Below, in pieces: positions 1-13,523 of a DNA stretch of 64,000 bases. The stretch comes from Somniosus microcephalus. Lineage: Eukaryota. Position numbers and translations under genes: made by a program. Numbering within the stretch: the first letter of the stretch is position 1; every line of letters begins with the position of its first letter. The stretch covers positions 35,092,001-35,156,000 of the forward strand of contig CM126222.1 in assembly GCA_052327205.1 (NCBI GenBank). The letters run 5' to 3'. The notes beneath the pieces are model-generated. The model did no database searches. It saw only the letters and a program-made list of their open reading frames with translations, and was not told the DNA's origin.

Positions 1-395
1 TGATCTAAAATCACCATTGGTTTGTGCCTTTTCCTTTTTCTCTCTCCCACATGGCAGCTGTCTCTCACTCTGCCAGCGCATTTCACACCTAATCTAGAGC
101 CGTCCTTTGTCTCTTTACCTGTCCTATTACCATCTCGTCTCGTCTTGAATATCTCTTAATGTCTCTTCACCCCTCAGACCTTCCCTTTTGTTCTTTCATC
201 CCCTCCCCCATTTCCCAGCCCCCAAACTGGCCTTTTAATCTGTTTCATTTCCTGCTTTTTTCTCCGTTCTGAAGAAGGGTTTCGACCTGAAACGTTGACT
301 CTATTTCTCTCTCCACGGATGTTGCCTGGCCTGCTGAGTTTTTCCAGCATTTTCTGTTGTTATTTTGGATTTCCAGCATCCACAGTATTTTGCTA
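1..395 (+). mobile_element. 3' end of a Penelope-like retroelement with minimal hammerhead motif
   Basis: Pyrimidine-rich body, then CTGAAGA-hairpin-GAAACGTT, then tail ...ttccagcattttctg...gatttccagcatccacagtattttgc. The same tail occurs at 14121-14249. Family assignment from recall. Confidence 0.6.
266..299 (+). ncRNA. Putative minimal type I hammerhead ribozyme
   Basis: CUGAAGA at 269-275; stem II GGGU-UUCG-ACCU; GAAA at 289-292; palindromic stem III remnant AACGUU; short stem I GUU/GAC. Confidence 0.5.
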
Positions 396-1879
396 TCGTA
401 AAATCACTATTGTTGCTTTTGTCTAAATTCTTTCCACTATCTCTGTATTTGAAGTATGCTGATCACACTTGGACAAAATATTCCTGTGATCTTCTTAAAG
501 CTTTAACTAACAGGAACACTTTCTTGGATTTGATATATTCTGCGGCTTTTCTTTGCTGGTTTGTTCTGTTTGAATTTTGTGGGCCTGGGGAGGGGGGTTT
601 GCTCTTGGTGCTGTTGAGTCACTGGTGGATACATCATCATCAGAACACCAAGTTCTGTCAGCATCAGCAACTTGAGATGCATGAAAATTAATGAGAACAT
701 GAATTTAACTTTAAAATGTTGCCTCTGAGGACCTATGGTATGGACTTAAATCACCCACAAAGACAAAAGCTTAGACAATTCTGACTTGGATTTTTTCTGG
801 ACTTATTTAAAGATGTGCTTTTTTTTCTACTTTTAATACGAATACCACTTTTGGACCACCTACTTAGTTGGTAGGTCTGCATTAGTAGGGGTGAAGTATT
901 GTGTGTTCCATGCAGAACACATCTCGGCCCCTCAATAGTCTTCATGATGAGTCTGAAACCAATGTGAATGTTGAGCTCCCAGACAGACTCTGCAAATTAG
1001 AATATTTTGCTAGACTCTGAGTAGTTTCTATTTTGTACAGTAGGACAAATATGTTGCTGTTAATAGAAAATAACCAAAATATGGGAGATTGACAAATTTG
1101 TCATGAGATTTCACAAAAGTTGATAGAAGTTCACAAAGGATGTGACCCAAAATTTACATTGTACAGTTCCATATTTAAGAAGAGCAGAACAAAGAAAGAT
1201 GCTAGAGAAGGAGACTGGAGATCTTGATAGAACTGTTTTTTTTTAAAAAGCTGGTTGAATGGCTACAAAAAGAAAAAGGCATAGAGAAAAGTGCAAACTA
1301 TACAATGGCAAATCACTGACTGACCCGGTCAAAAGGTAGAGCAATAAAATCAGGCACAGTAAAAGGAAAGGGGAGTCAAAGTACCAAGACTTAAGGTCAT
1401 TAAGCTTTCTGTGGGTGCTGACTACAGTGAATTGGAAAGAAAGATAGACTTGCAAATATTCTAAAGTAGTTCAGTAACATTTTATTACATCATAAACATC
1501 TTTTAAAAATGTCTGGTTCTCAAGCAAATTTCTACGCTTACATGGATGTATGTACTTTTTTTTTAAGTTCCTCCAATAGTTGTTCCCATACAGGCTTTCT
1601 CTTTTCTCTACATCCACAACTTTGTTATTTCTCAGGTTCCAGGTCTACTCACTACACTTCTGTATATGTGGCCATCATGCTTCCACTGCTCCACCCCACC
1701 CCAAACTACTGGCAGTGGCTGGGCCCACACTGCAGACTGACCTCTCGGCACACTAAAACATGCAGCTATCTGTACAATATCTCACTAACTCATTGGCTGG
1801 TATGGGCTAACTGGCACTGTTCTACACATTGTCAGATATTGCCACTTATTTTGTTATACAAATGACATACAGTTCCTGC

Positions 1880-2646
1880 TTATTAAAACTTGCTGTGGAA
1901 CTGAGGTGTGATGTTCACGCAGGCTCCGCTCATCCCTGATCCTGTCTCCTATCTTCTCCCCGCGTGCCCCCCCCCCCCCCCCATGCCTCTCCAAACTCAT
2001 CTCATTCCCATTAAACTGCAGATGACCCAACTTCCCTTCCCAGCCCCCATACAAGTTGAAATTGTAAATGGTTCCCTCACATCAGGTATTATCCGCCTCC
2101 CTTACAAAACAGCCATCATCACCCTCTTTTCAAAAGACCCTCACTTCACCCCTCTGTCCTTGTTAACGTGTACCCCATCTCCAACTATCCTTTCCGCGCC
2201 AAAATCCTTGAATGTGTTGTCGACTCCCACAACCATGTTTGAATCTCTCTGATCACTGAAACGACCCTAATAAAAGTCAGAATTGACATCCTCTGTAACT
2301 GTGACTGGTGCATTTCCCCCCCCCCCCCCCCCCCCCCCCCCCCCATGACCTCTGCAGCCTTTGACTCGGTCATCTTCCATCTTCCTCCAATGCCTCTCCT
2401 CCATTGTCCAGCTAAGTGGGATTGCCTTTGCTTGGTTCCACTTGCCTATCCAGTTGTAGCCAGAGCACCTCCAGCAATAGCTTCTCCTTTCACCCCTGCA
2501 CCATTAATTTTGGAGTCCCTCAAGAATCTATTTGTGTCCTTTTCTCTTCCTCATCTACATGCTGCCCCTTGCAACATCATCCAAAGACACTGTCAGGTTC
2601 CACATGTACGCTGACTGCATCCCAGCTCTACAACTCCACCACCACT
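1880..2646 (+). mobile_element. Degenerate L2-type LINE, part upstream of a CR1 insertion
   Basis: Similar to the L2 copy at 33185-34729; RT remnants (tctgcagcctttgac, cccagctcta). Confidence 0.75.
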
Positions 2647-4062
2647 CCCATTCAAAAAAGGCAGAGAAAAAGCGGGGAATTATAGACCGGTAAGCCTGAC
2701 ATCGGTAGTGGGGAAAATGCTAGAGTCCATTATAAAAGATGTAATAGCAGAGCACTTGGAAAGCAGTGACAGGATCGGACAAAGTCAACATGGATTTGCA
2801 AAAGGTAAATCATGCTTGACTAATCTACTGGAATTTTTTGAGGATGTAACTGGTAAAATAGATAAGGGAAAGCCAGTGGATGTGGTGTATTTGGACTTTC
2901 AGAAGGCTTTCGATAAGGTCCCACATAAGAGATTAGCGTGCAAAATTAAGGCACATGGGATTGGGGGCAAGGTATTGACTTGGATAGAGAACTGGTTGGC
3001 AGACAGAAAGTAGAGAGTTGGAATAAACGGGCCATTTTCTGAGTGGCAGGCAGTGACTAGTGGGGTACCGCAAGGATCGGACCTAGGACCCCAGCTGTTC
3101 ACTATATATTGATCTGGACGAGGGAATTGGATGTAATATCTCCAAATTTGCAGACGACACAAAGCTGGGTGGGAGGGTATGCTGTGAGGAGGATGTCATG
3201 AAACTCCAGTACGATTTGGACAGGTTAGGTGATTGGGCAGAAACATGGCAAATGCACTATAATGTGGATAAATGTGAGGTTATCCACTTTGGTGGCAATA
3301 ACAGGAAGGCAGATTATTATTTGAATGGCAATAGATTGGGAAAAGGGGAAGTGCAAAGAGACCTGGGTGTTCTTGTGCACCAGTCGCTGAAGGTAAGCAT
3401 GCAGGTGCAGCAGGCGGTTAAGAAGGCAAATGGTATGTTGGCCTTCGTAGCAAAACTGTTCAAGTACAGGAACAAGGATGTCTTGCTACAGTTGTACAGG
3501 GCCTTGGTGAGACCGCACCTTGAGTATTGTGTGCAGTTTTGGTCGCCTTATCTGAGGAAGGATGTTCTTGCCATGGAAGGAGATAAGCGAAGATTCACCA
3601 GGCTGACACCTGGGATGGCAGGAATGACGTATGAGGAGAGATTGTGTCGATTGGGCTTATACTCACTGGAGTTTAGAAGATTGAGGGGGGATCTCATCGA
3701 AACCTATAAAATTCTGTCAGGCCTGGACAGACTAGATGCTGGAAGGATGTTCCCGATGGTCGGGGAGTCCAGAACCAGGGGTCATAGTCTAAGGATAAGG
3801 GGTAGGACATTTAGGACTGAAATGAGGAGGAATTTCTTCGCCCAGAGAGTGGTGAACCTGTGGAATTCTCTGCCACAGATGGCGGTGGAGGCCAGTTCAT
3901 TAAATATATTCAAGAAAGAGTTGGATATATTTCTTAAGGCTAAAGGGATATGGGGAGAAGGCAGGGACAGGGTACTGAGTTTGGATGATCAGCCATGATC
4001 TCATTGAATGGCGGAGCAGGCTCGAAGGGCCGAATGGCCTACTCCTGCTCCTTTCTTCTATG
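2647..4062 (+). mobile_element. 5'-truncated CR1 LINE (RT domain, stop at 3011 and frameshift, 3' UTR)
   Basis: QHGFAKGKSCLTNLLEFFE, YLDFQKAFDKVPH, KFADDTK, RPHLEYCVQFWSP; tail gggccgaatggcctactcctgctcc. Confidence 0.95.
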
Positions 4063-4790
4063 TGCCTCTGTGCTGTCAGACTGCTTATCCAACATCCAGA
4101 CTTTGATGATTCGCAGTTTCCTCCCATTAAATATTGGGAAGATTGAAGCTATTGCCTTCGGCATTTGCCACTGATTCCTTCTCCCTCTCCACCACTGTCT
4201 CAAGTTGAACCAGACTGTTCCCAGTCCCAGCTCCTTTTTGACTCTGGGCTGAGCATCTGCCCCCATACACTCTGCATCACTAAGACTGTCTACTTTCACC
4301 TCCGTCACATCGTCTGTCTCCATTCCTGCCTCCTAACTTTCGCATTCTGTAAACCTCAGTTCATTCAAAAAGCTGCTTCCTGTACCTGTCTCTGCACCAA
4401 ATCCTGCTTACCCATCATTACTGTCGTTGTTGACCTACGTTGTTTCCTGGTCCCCAATGCCTACTAATTTAAAATTCTTGTCCTCGTGTTTAAATCCCTT
4501 CATGGCCCCACCCCTCCATATCTGTAACCTCCTCCAGCCATACAGCCCCTGCCAAACTCTCCATTCCTCGCACTCTAGCCTCTTGTGTATCCCTATCCCT
4601 CCACCATTGGCTGTATTCCCTTCAGCTGCTTCATGCTTGGAATTCCCTTAAACCTCTCTTCTTTTAAGACTCTCTTTAAAAGCCATTTTTTTTGGTCACC
4701 CCATCTAATATCTCTTTTGGCCCGTCATTGTTTGCGCGTCTAGGATGTTTTTCTATGTTTAAGGCACTAGGTAAATGCAAGTTGTTGTTC
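4063..4790 (+). mobile_element. L2-type LINE, 3' part resuming after the CR1
   Basis: Continues the 1880-2646 copy; ends in the L2 tail ...aaatgcaagttgttg. Confidence 0.8.
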
Positions 4791-7700
4791 AGACAAGTGG
4801 ATATCAAAGTAGGAATTTTTGTGCATTTCTTTTCACATGCATTCTAACTGCATTAACTTTTTTTGTTTTGGATGGTTGGGAACATGTTGGGAAGAGAAAT
4901 AAGATTTCCTTGTTCACCATAAGTTTTTTAATTTTCTCCCATACTGCTATAAGCTGATTTCTAAGTTGACTGCAGCACCAGTTATAAGACTGCTTCTTTC
5001 TCCTCCGCCCCCTCCCCCAGACAGCACAGTAAAACACATCTTTGTGTCTGATTTTACATATCAGTTGGTATAACAGCAAGTGGCAAGAAAGTAAGATAGC
5101 TCACAAAGTTGACCCACAAAAAGACTTGAACTGTATTGGGCACCAATGGGCAATAATACTTTATGGATCCCTATAAAGTTTATCTAGGTGACCAATGCTT
5201 TATCAAAAGCATCAATACAATTCAGTGTATAGTGCCACAATAGGCATTTAATGGAATGTTTCAAATCACAGATTTCCCATAGTGTACTGCGTACTACTGA
5301 AGCCACGTGAGCAGAAGTCGCGTGGTCAGAACAACTTGTGCTCAAACCTCCAGGAATGCTTCCAACCAGAGTTGGCAACTCTACTCCACCAGTATATTAG
5401 ATACTCATGAGCTACTAACAGCCCCCTACCCACCCTCCCAGCACTTCAAACATTAGCAGCTCCAGCACATGGAGGGAGTGGGTTAGCAGGCCATTAATTC
5501 TCCTCTTCTCCCTCCCCGCGCCCCCCCCCCCCCCACCCCCCCAATTTGGCTGCAATCTGCCAGGCACTCCGGCCCTACAGCAGCCACCTTGCCCCGTGCA
5601 GGCTGCCAACGTAGCAGATCCAAGGATCAGGACATCCCTCGCTCAATGGAGAAGGACCATGAAATGGCAATGAACTTGGAAACCCAACGAACAGAAAATG
5701 AACTGAGATCCCCTCCCACTGGCAGGGCTTCAGAATTAGGCAAAGAATGAACACTGCAGGAGACACAGCCAATCCTCGAATATTTGGCTCATCTGGTTTA
5801 CTGTACATACAATGTCCATTTTGAAAATAAGGACACCTGATGCAAGTCCCTTAGGTGTCCCTAATTTAAAGGTTTCATTGTATCTGGTGTAACCACTGAG
5901 GATTGCTAGAAGCTCTGGTGATCAGTTTTGGAGGACTGATGACCTTCCTACAGTGCTGTAAAGAAGATGGATTTTGGTGTGGAGCAGGCGATTGTTGTCA
6001 AGTACTTTGATCTGCATGTCTTTAAACTATACTGAGTTCAGGAGCAAAAGATCAGTCAGCGTTCTTCAGCCTGTTGAGCAGAGCTATCATAGTCAATTCC
6101 TGGGTCTATATAAACTTTGAAAAATGGCAACATTCCAAATGAGCGGGAGTTTTTTTTAAATTATATTAAGAGATTGTCTATGAAGTAACGGGTAGTCTGC
6201 GATCAGAGGTGCAGTTTCTAATGTTTACTGTGGTTTCAGTGCAGACTAAACAGGTCAGTGGTTTGCCTATAATTGTAATGCGGCAGACTTAGATTTAGTG
6301 ATGGGGGAAAGGATGGACTTGATGGTCCAAATGCCTCCCTGTGATTTATTTTTGTGGTCTTACTGAAACAATATATCACATGATGATTGCCAAGACTATT
6401 GCACACCTGACTGACAAAGTTACAAGCCTCACACAAACATTTGTAATACTATTTACCTACCATTTTACCAAAACCAAAAAGGTGCAAGTTACTTTGTTCT
6501 TTCCCTACAAACTTATTCCCAGTTATTTACATGATATCTATATCCCACAGAGGTCTTGCAGCAAAAGCCTAAGATGCAAGTCCTTTGCTTTGTGCTTTTC
6601 CCCTTCCTCCCCAAATCATACTCCTTTTATCTGTTATTTCCTTGATCAATAAAAGGCATTATTTTTTCCCGTGCAATTCCTCACTATTCACAATTGTATC
6701 TCATTTTCTGCCTGGTTGTCATAGTATACTCTAGGCTTTGTAGTTCTGTAGAAGTGATATGAAAACTACAACTCTTGTGAAGGATCAGTCTCTTGCGCTG
6801 TATTTATCTGCAGGAGCTGTAACTCCCTGATCGTTTTCTATCTGGTTGTTATGATGTACATTGGATATTGCAGTCCCACAGGAGCCAGGTGAAGAATGTA
6901 TCTTGGTGTGCTCCCTAGCTGTGTCTCTCCTGTGAAATAGCACTCTAGGCTAGTCATTGCTTTAGTGGATAGTGGAAGGCAAGCTGAGAAATTGAGTTTC
7001 GAAACATCACATTTAAGCACCTTCCACCTGCAACTAGTTAAAGATGGCTGCCCTGTTGAGGTCAATTTGTGTAAAGTTGTTCCAAAAAAAATCAACACCG
7101 ATTTTCAAATATAGTGATTTTTTTTTTGTTGCAAATACTTGAGGATAAAGCCATTGAAGGGGCATAACCTATAATCCATTTCTTGTAAACGTTTGCTGTG
7201 CTGTTCTCTTTTTTATTTTGTTGGTACCATTTGATACTTTAAAAACTGGATTCAAATTAATTTTCTCTAGTTGGTCCACTAGGTTGTAAGGACATTCAAT
7301 GTTGTACATTTATTTAGTCAACTTGGTTAATAAGTGGTAGTAACATAAGCTTTCAGGCCTACAAAGGCAGTGGCTTCAGGTGTTTTTAAATGACTGAAAC
7401 TCGCTTCGTTCCCATGAGCTCAGAATCAATTATGGACTTGTTTTCTCGATAGTAAAGTAGTAATGCAGGTGACCTAAAATTGCAAGTCATCCTTTGGAAA
7501 TGATTCTTTCTATAGGAAGACCTGTTCTCCTGTTAAAAATAAAACATCAATATATTAGAGGAAAAAAGTATTCAATTTGGACACTACTTGGAAGAAATGG
7601 AGTAAAAAGATCAGTTGTTTTCAGTTTGAAGTGTGCAGCGTTTCCCAGAATAGGTTATTTCAGAGCACCAGTAAACAGATACTGTGTTTTAGGTTTCAGA

Positions 7701-8189
7701 TTGGGCAACACCCTAGGAAAGAGAGAAGTTTGTATTCTCATTAATACACACAAAAAATCAGGTTGCTTAAAAATACGCAAACTACAAGCATATAATGCAG
7801 TTAATTTGTCCAGTGAGTTCATGGAAATTTAAAAAATATCTACCACCACCCTCATTTGACATAAGTGGTAATTAGATGTCAAAACTCAATCTTGACCTTC
7901 ACAATCTAACCACAGGTTGTATATCGGTACTCATCTCAGGATGTGCCTGGTTGTGTTTTCAAATAAAAACCCAAGTTCTTTTTTGCCTAATGTAATGTAT
8001 AAGAAATTGTTGGCATCTTTGCCATAGGCAGTTATGACTGTCAGTTGTTTGCAAGCTTGTGTGCTTTATTATAGTCATACATTGGTGGTTACCCTTTTCT
8101 TTGGAAAATTACCATCAGTTGGTTTCATGTTAGTGCGTTTCATTCACAATGAATCATATTTCATGTTGAGTAGGTAATCGAGTGCAGTT

Positions 8190-8530
8190 TTAAAATGTAG
8201 CCCCAGTGGCATGGTGGGTGAAGGTATTGCCTGGTTTAGTATTAAGCCATGCAGAACAGAAGATTCGCGATTTGATTTCCCAGCTGTGCTGAGTTTGCTC
8301 ATCCTAGCTGGGCGAGCAGTTGGGATGCTACAATTAGCTTTGTGTGCCGTTGGGCCAGAGAGGGGAAAAATCGGTCAAATTTCCCACTCTTAATTGCCAA
8401 TGAAGGATTCCTGCTCGGGTTCAGTTGTGACCATGTCCACGATTAAAAATAGCCTGATGACACTATGGCCAGTTAGGCAAGGTACTGAGGTAGTATATCT
8501 CAGCAAGAGTCAGTGCTTCCAGGAGAAAAA
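8190..8530 (+). repeat. Old SINE-like interspersed repeat
   Basis: Related degenerate minus-strand copies near 22420-22520 and 28200-28340 (gaaaatcggtca, gctgagtt motifs). Confidence 0.4.
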
Positions 8531-9179
8531 TTGCAACGGTTGTCTTCTGGCCAATGAATATTTTCCGCTTGGATTTTTCAGACATAATGCTCTTGACTTT
8601 TTTTTTTAAGGCACATTTAAGGCTACATCACAAATTTCCTATGATTCACACTTGAATAATGAAGAGACTCATTTAATTAAAGGATCTTCGGTTATTTTTT
8701 TAAAAATCCATGAAGTTCGCCCTGTTTGGCCTGGGTAAAGAAGGAAATCCTGCTGGTCAGAGCTGCAGTCATTCATAAAACTGACCTGTTTGTGGTTTTA
8801 AGAGGAACAAAGACTACAACTTCCTTTCCTGTGGTTGAATTATTTACTTTCTGCAGTTGCAGCTAGTTTGCACAGGAATTGAGCCGGCTGCAAAGGCTCA
8901 TGAAATAGGAAATGCACGTGGCTGTTGTTTTAAATAAAAAGTATAGCATTTTAAGGAAGTTTGACATTGCTACGGCATTGCTTTAGAGCAGCCACCTTCT
9001 CAAAACATTACATGTACCATCACCACAATCATCTTTTATTGATGCATAGAAAGCTGAGCACCTTGGCTAAGGATGCAGAACATTGCATGTTGTTGCAAGT
9101 AACTTGTCTGATCACGACGTGCTCCAAAAATGAGCTAATCGGCAAAAAGTGAGCATTGTTTTAAGAGTATGAGGCATTC

Positions 9180-9277
9180 CAAAACACATTGTGTGCTGAA
9201 AACAGAAAATGCACAGCAAGTCACTGCACCTGAAAAAGATAGGTTAAAGTTTTAGGTGGGATCCTTCTTCAGAACGT
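9180..9277 (-). mobile_element. Degenerate Penelope-like 3' end
   Basis: Reverse complement reads gttctgaagaaggatcccacctaaaactttaac...cattttctgttttc; the GAAA core is mutated. Confidence 0.4.
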
Positions 9278-10244
9278 TCTGATCTTGAGTGAGCCGCACC
9301 CACCCATGCCCTAACATGTAGGTACAAGAATAGCCGCACTTTTCTGCATTCAGGGATGTCAATCTTTAAGTATTGAAATCAGTGAGGTACCCTCTCCAGA
9401 ATTTGCTGGGAGTCCGGGGCGCACTGGGTGGCCCCAGTGGTATCTGGGGGCAGAGTCCTGGTTGTGGTCAAGGAGTCGCAGCTCCTGGCTGCTCTTGAAG
9501 TTTAAGCATTTATGGAGACAGAAGAATGGCTTTCTTTCCATGGTAATGTTCTTTATTTGTACAGGCTTCCCTGAATATATTTTAATGTAATGGGGAATGA
9601 ATGAAAAGTGACTTAGTCTTGGAACTCCATGGAGTGGCTTGGTCCACTGAAATTCTATACAAAGGGAATAATGTGGGAAGAAGTTCAGTCTATATGAATT
9701 AAGTACAGCGCCAATGAGGTCTTCCCCTTTCCTTTCTCCTTCCCTCTCCGTGTATGACTATGAGCAATACTGATCACTTACTTACTCTCTTTTTCCCCCA
9801 CACCGGGTCCCCAGGGTCATCTGGAACGTCTTCCCCTTGGGCCGCTGCGACTTCTTTTAGTAAAACAAATTCATGACCGTGCCAACTTCTAAATCGGCGC
9901 TATCTGTGTCACCCTAGAGTCTGTGACAGGAGGCTTCACAAAGCCGCAGGGTCGTACGCAAACATTGCTGGGAGGTATAAATAGCACCCATGTACTAAGC
10001 AATGTTTTGTCCCCTTTTCAGTCTATTTGTTTTTTCCTCCGCTGTAATTATTAATTTTAAAGATATAGTTCTCTGCAACAACAAAAAAGGCTGCAGTCCG
10101 GAAGTATAGCTGAGCTTTTCCGTAAATTTAGGCACATTTAAGTGAAACTGTGAGATGGACATCAAACAGGTTTTACGCAAGTCGTATGTATGAGTTGACG
10201 CGCCTGGTATTTGTCAGAATAAATTATTCACTACTTTGGTACTT

Positions 10245-10299
10245 GTGAAAAATATTTTGGGGTGAAAAATATTTTGGGTTGAAAAATATTGAGGTGCAA
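10245..10299. repeat. 17-bp minisatellite, about 3 copies
   Basis: gtgaaaaatattttggg repeated. Confidence 0.8.
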
Positions 10300-10337
10300 A
10301 TGTTGATCAATGTCAAGTTATAATTTACCCATATATT

Positions 10338-10740
10338 AAAGAAAGAACTTGCATTTATACAGCGCCTTTCATGATCTTGGGACATCCTGACCTGAAGCGC
10401 TTTGCAGCCAATGAAGATTTTTTTATTTTTGAAGTGTAGTCATTGTTGAAATGTAGCAGTCAATTTGCATATAGCAAGGTCCCTCAAATAGCAATGAGAT
10501 AACCTGTTTGTGGTGATGGGTGAGGGATAAATATTGCCCTGCTCCTCTTCGAATTAATGCCATGGGATCTTTTATGATCAATTGACGAAGCCACGGTTTA
10601 ATGGCATATCCAAGCGTGCAGCACTCCCTCCGTACTGCACTCAAGTGTCAAACTAGATTATGTGCTGAAGTCCCACTCCAGGGACTGGAGCCCACAATCT
10701 TCAGGAGTGAGTGTGCTACCATTGAGCTGAGGCAGACACC
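10338..10740 (-). mobile_element. tRNA-derived Deu-domain SINE (SacSINE1-like)
   Basis: L2-like tail cttgcatttatacagcgcc, core gcagcactccctc/gtactgcact, tRNA-like head near 10740; many copies in the window. Confidence 0.8.
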
Positions 10741-11471
10741 TTAAAGTAAAATCATTATGATTACTGTATCTTCCCTGCATAGCAAAGTTGCCCAGTTGCT
10801 TTCTTGCAGCAATAAAATACTGAAATGATTGATAACATTATTTTGATGGTGGAAAAAACACAATCTCTGTATTCCATCAATGTATACATGATTTGGGAAG
10901 CTTTTTGGTTAATATAACACTTATTTTGGAGTTGGTGCTTTAATAGCAGTTGTGAGTTATGTTACCGCAGAGACAGGGTACTTCAGATGACTGACAACTA
11001 ACATTGAGAGTTCTCAGAAGTATGTTGTCAAGGTGATGACCTTTTCTGAATTGAGTTAGATGTTAACAGTACTTCCAGTAATCATTTTCCTCACAAAATT
11101 CTCTGTTCTATTAAATAGGATCAACTGTTTGGGAGAGTGTTTCCTGGAGACCACTTCAATTTTGAAACCTGGTTTGCAAGACTATATAAATATTTTTTGT
11201 GCCAATATAGTAGTACTGAAAGGCTTTTCTCTTCCATATCTGTAAACTAATTTTGTGCAACAAGTAAATATGTAGAACTTGATTTTATATGGAGAGTCTG
11301 GGATTAAATTTGCTGCTTTCACGTGGGTTCCATTCAACAAGAAAGTACGAAGGAAGTGTAAAGCGCAACTGAAATCATTCTTGAAACCATTTGAGATGCC
11401 CTGCTGCTGATTTAGATTTTTTTTCTCCAATATGGCCCTGCAGGAGAGAGTGCAAACATGGAATTGAAAGG

Positions 11472-11802
11472 TGTCCATGTTTGGACTAAGGCTGTAATGA
11501 GGTCTGGAGCTGAGTGGTCCTAACAAAACCCCAACTGAGCATCGGTAAGCAGGTTATTGGTGAGTAAGTGCTATTTGATAGCACTGTTGACGACTCCTTC
11601 GAACTCTTTGATTTGTAACAGACAGGGCAGTAATTTGCTGGATTAGATTTGTCCTGCTGTTGTAGATGGGGCATACCTGGGCAATTTTCCACAGTATCAG
11701 GTAAATGCCAGTGTCATAGCTAAACTGAACAACTTGGCTAGGGGCACAGCTAGTTCTGGAGCATAGGTCATCAGCACTACAGCCAGGGTGTTATCGGGGC
11801 CT
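11472..11802 (-). mobile_element. Internal RT fragment of a Jockey-group LINE (family B)
   Basis: Homologous to about 15531-15870 (KQDKSNPANY motif). Confidence 0.85.
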
Positions 11803-11916
11803 GTTACTAGCATTCAAACTGCTCTAAACATGTCCTAAACTCCGTTTTCTTGAACTGATGAATGATATACTGGTGCAGTCAGTGTCATTTTAGTGATATT
11901 TTAAAAAATGGTAGTA

Positions 11917-12239
11917 CAGGAAACTTTCTGGTATCCGGGACTGAGCTGGTGCCGTTAGATCAAAACTGCCGTAGAAACCAGCGCTAATGTTAAAACATAC
12001 GGAGCTCAGAGCTCCGTGTGAAGCAACAAACCCTGTTGCTTAGCAACAGCTTCAAAACAGTCGGCGCAGCTTGCAAGCGTCTAGCTGAAGCTGTTGCTTA
12101 GCTACAGAGACGCTTGCAGAGCCAGGACTGGAGAAAAGAAGCAACGAAAAGAAAAAAAATTATCTGAACCAACTCCTGAATTTTGCCAGTAGATAGTGCT
12201 TTCCCGACATTTAACCTCCGGATAAACGAAAGTTTTCTG
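11917..12239. mobile_element. pogo/Tc1-type MITE, copy 1
   Basis: TIR caggaaactttc / gaaagttttctg; TA on both sides. Confidence 0.9.
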
Positions 12240-13032
12240 TATATTGCTTTAAACTGCACCTGTGGGTGGAAGAAATGTAATGGTATTAAAATCTAATGCA
12301 GTGTGTGTGCAATCGACTGAATTGCCCTGTAGTTTGTTCCAAATGTTTTCCTGATCACGCTCAGTAATAATGTTACAAAGGAGATTAATAATGCTGTGAT
12401 ACTCACAAGAAACAAATCCATTTGAAGTCTCCTGAAATGAGAAACAAAAGCTGTAATCTTAAACTTGAAACTATGAAATAAGATACCATGAAATGTTCAT
12501 GGGTGAATTTTGCTGAGTTTTTTATAAACCTCTTGAGCTCCATTTTTAATATCTGACGATTGTGAAGTTATTGTACTCATACGTGTAAGTTGTATCCTCT
12601 ATTACCATATCTCTCCACCCCTTTCCGTCAATCAACGCTATTTGTCATGAGCACCTAATGTTCAAGACTGCCCTGTTGTTATTGCTGCCTTGTGATCTCA
12701 CTAATCCAAACCCTTCAGTGAGCTTGCACTCTGGCTTCAAACCATCTTATTGTTCACATTGAAAATAAGCTACAAGACGCCACTGATAATCCAGATCTGA
12801 GTTTATTTGACTTTTATTAACTGCTCAAACTTCATTCTTGCAGTTTCATATAAACCCCTTAATTACGATAACATTCTTGCCGCCTACCTCAAGCCAGCTT
12901 AATAAGCTTTATAAAGTGCAAACACTTAACGTTTAAAAACTTCATATCATTTGGGCAGTAACTAAATCTCAAAACTTCATTTATATTCTGATAGTTCAGA
13001 TTATCAAGAATAAGCAGGAGCTATGTACCTTT

Positions 13033-13523
13033 ACAACATCAACTTGTATTTAAATAGCGCCTTTTCTGTAGTAAAACGTCCCAAGGCGCTTGACAGGTGC
13101 GTTATAAAACAACATTTGACACCAAGCCACATGAGATACAGGAAACTTTCTGGTATCCGGCACTGACGGGACCGAGTTGGCGCCGTCCCATCAAAACTGC
13201 TGTATAAACCAGCGCTAATGTTAAAACATACGGAGCTTCTCGGCTCCGTATGAAACAACAAACCCTGTTGCTTCAACAGCTTCAAAACAGTCGGCCGCAG
13301 CTTAAAAGTGTCTCTGTAGCTATGCAACAGCTTCAGCTAGACGCTTGGGAGCCACGACTGGAAAAAAAAAAGCAACGAGAAGTAAAAAAAACTTACAGGA
13401 AACGGCTCCTGAATTTTGCCGGTAGATAGAAAGTTTCCTGTATTAGGGCAGATGACCAAAAGCTTGGTGAAAGAGGTAGGTTTCAAGGAGCACCTTAAAG
13501 GAGGAAAGGGAGGCAGAGAGGTC
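13033..13523 (-). mobile_element. L2 3' tail fragment interrupted by a MITE
   Basis: aacttgtatttaaatagcgcc...caagccacatgagata [MITE] ttagggcagatgaccaaaagcttgg. Confidence 0.8.
13139..13440. mobile_element. pogo/Tc1-type MITE, copy 2
   Basis: Perfect TIR caggaaactttct; TA target duplication. Confidence 0.9.

Noticed and set aside
3198-3998. CR1 ORFs (also 52501-53442) as active or domesticated reverse transcriptase
   Set aside because: 5'-truncated, no endonuclease or ORF1, and adjacent stops or frameshifts.
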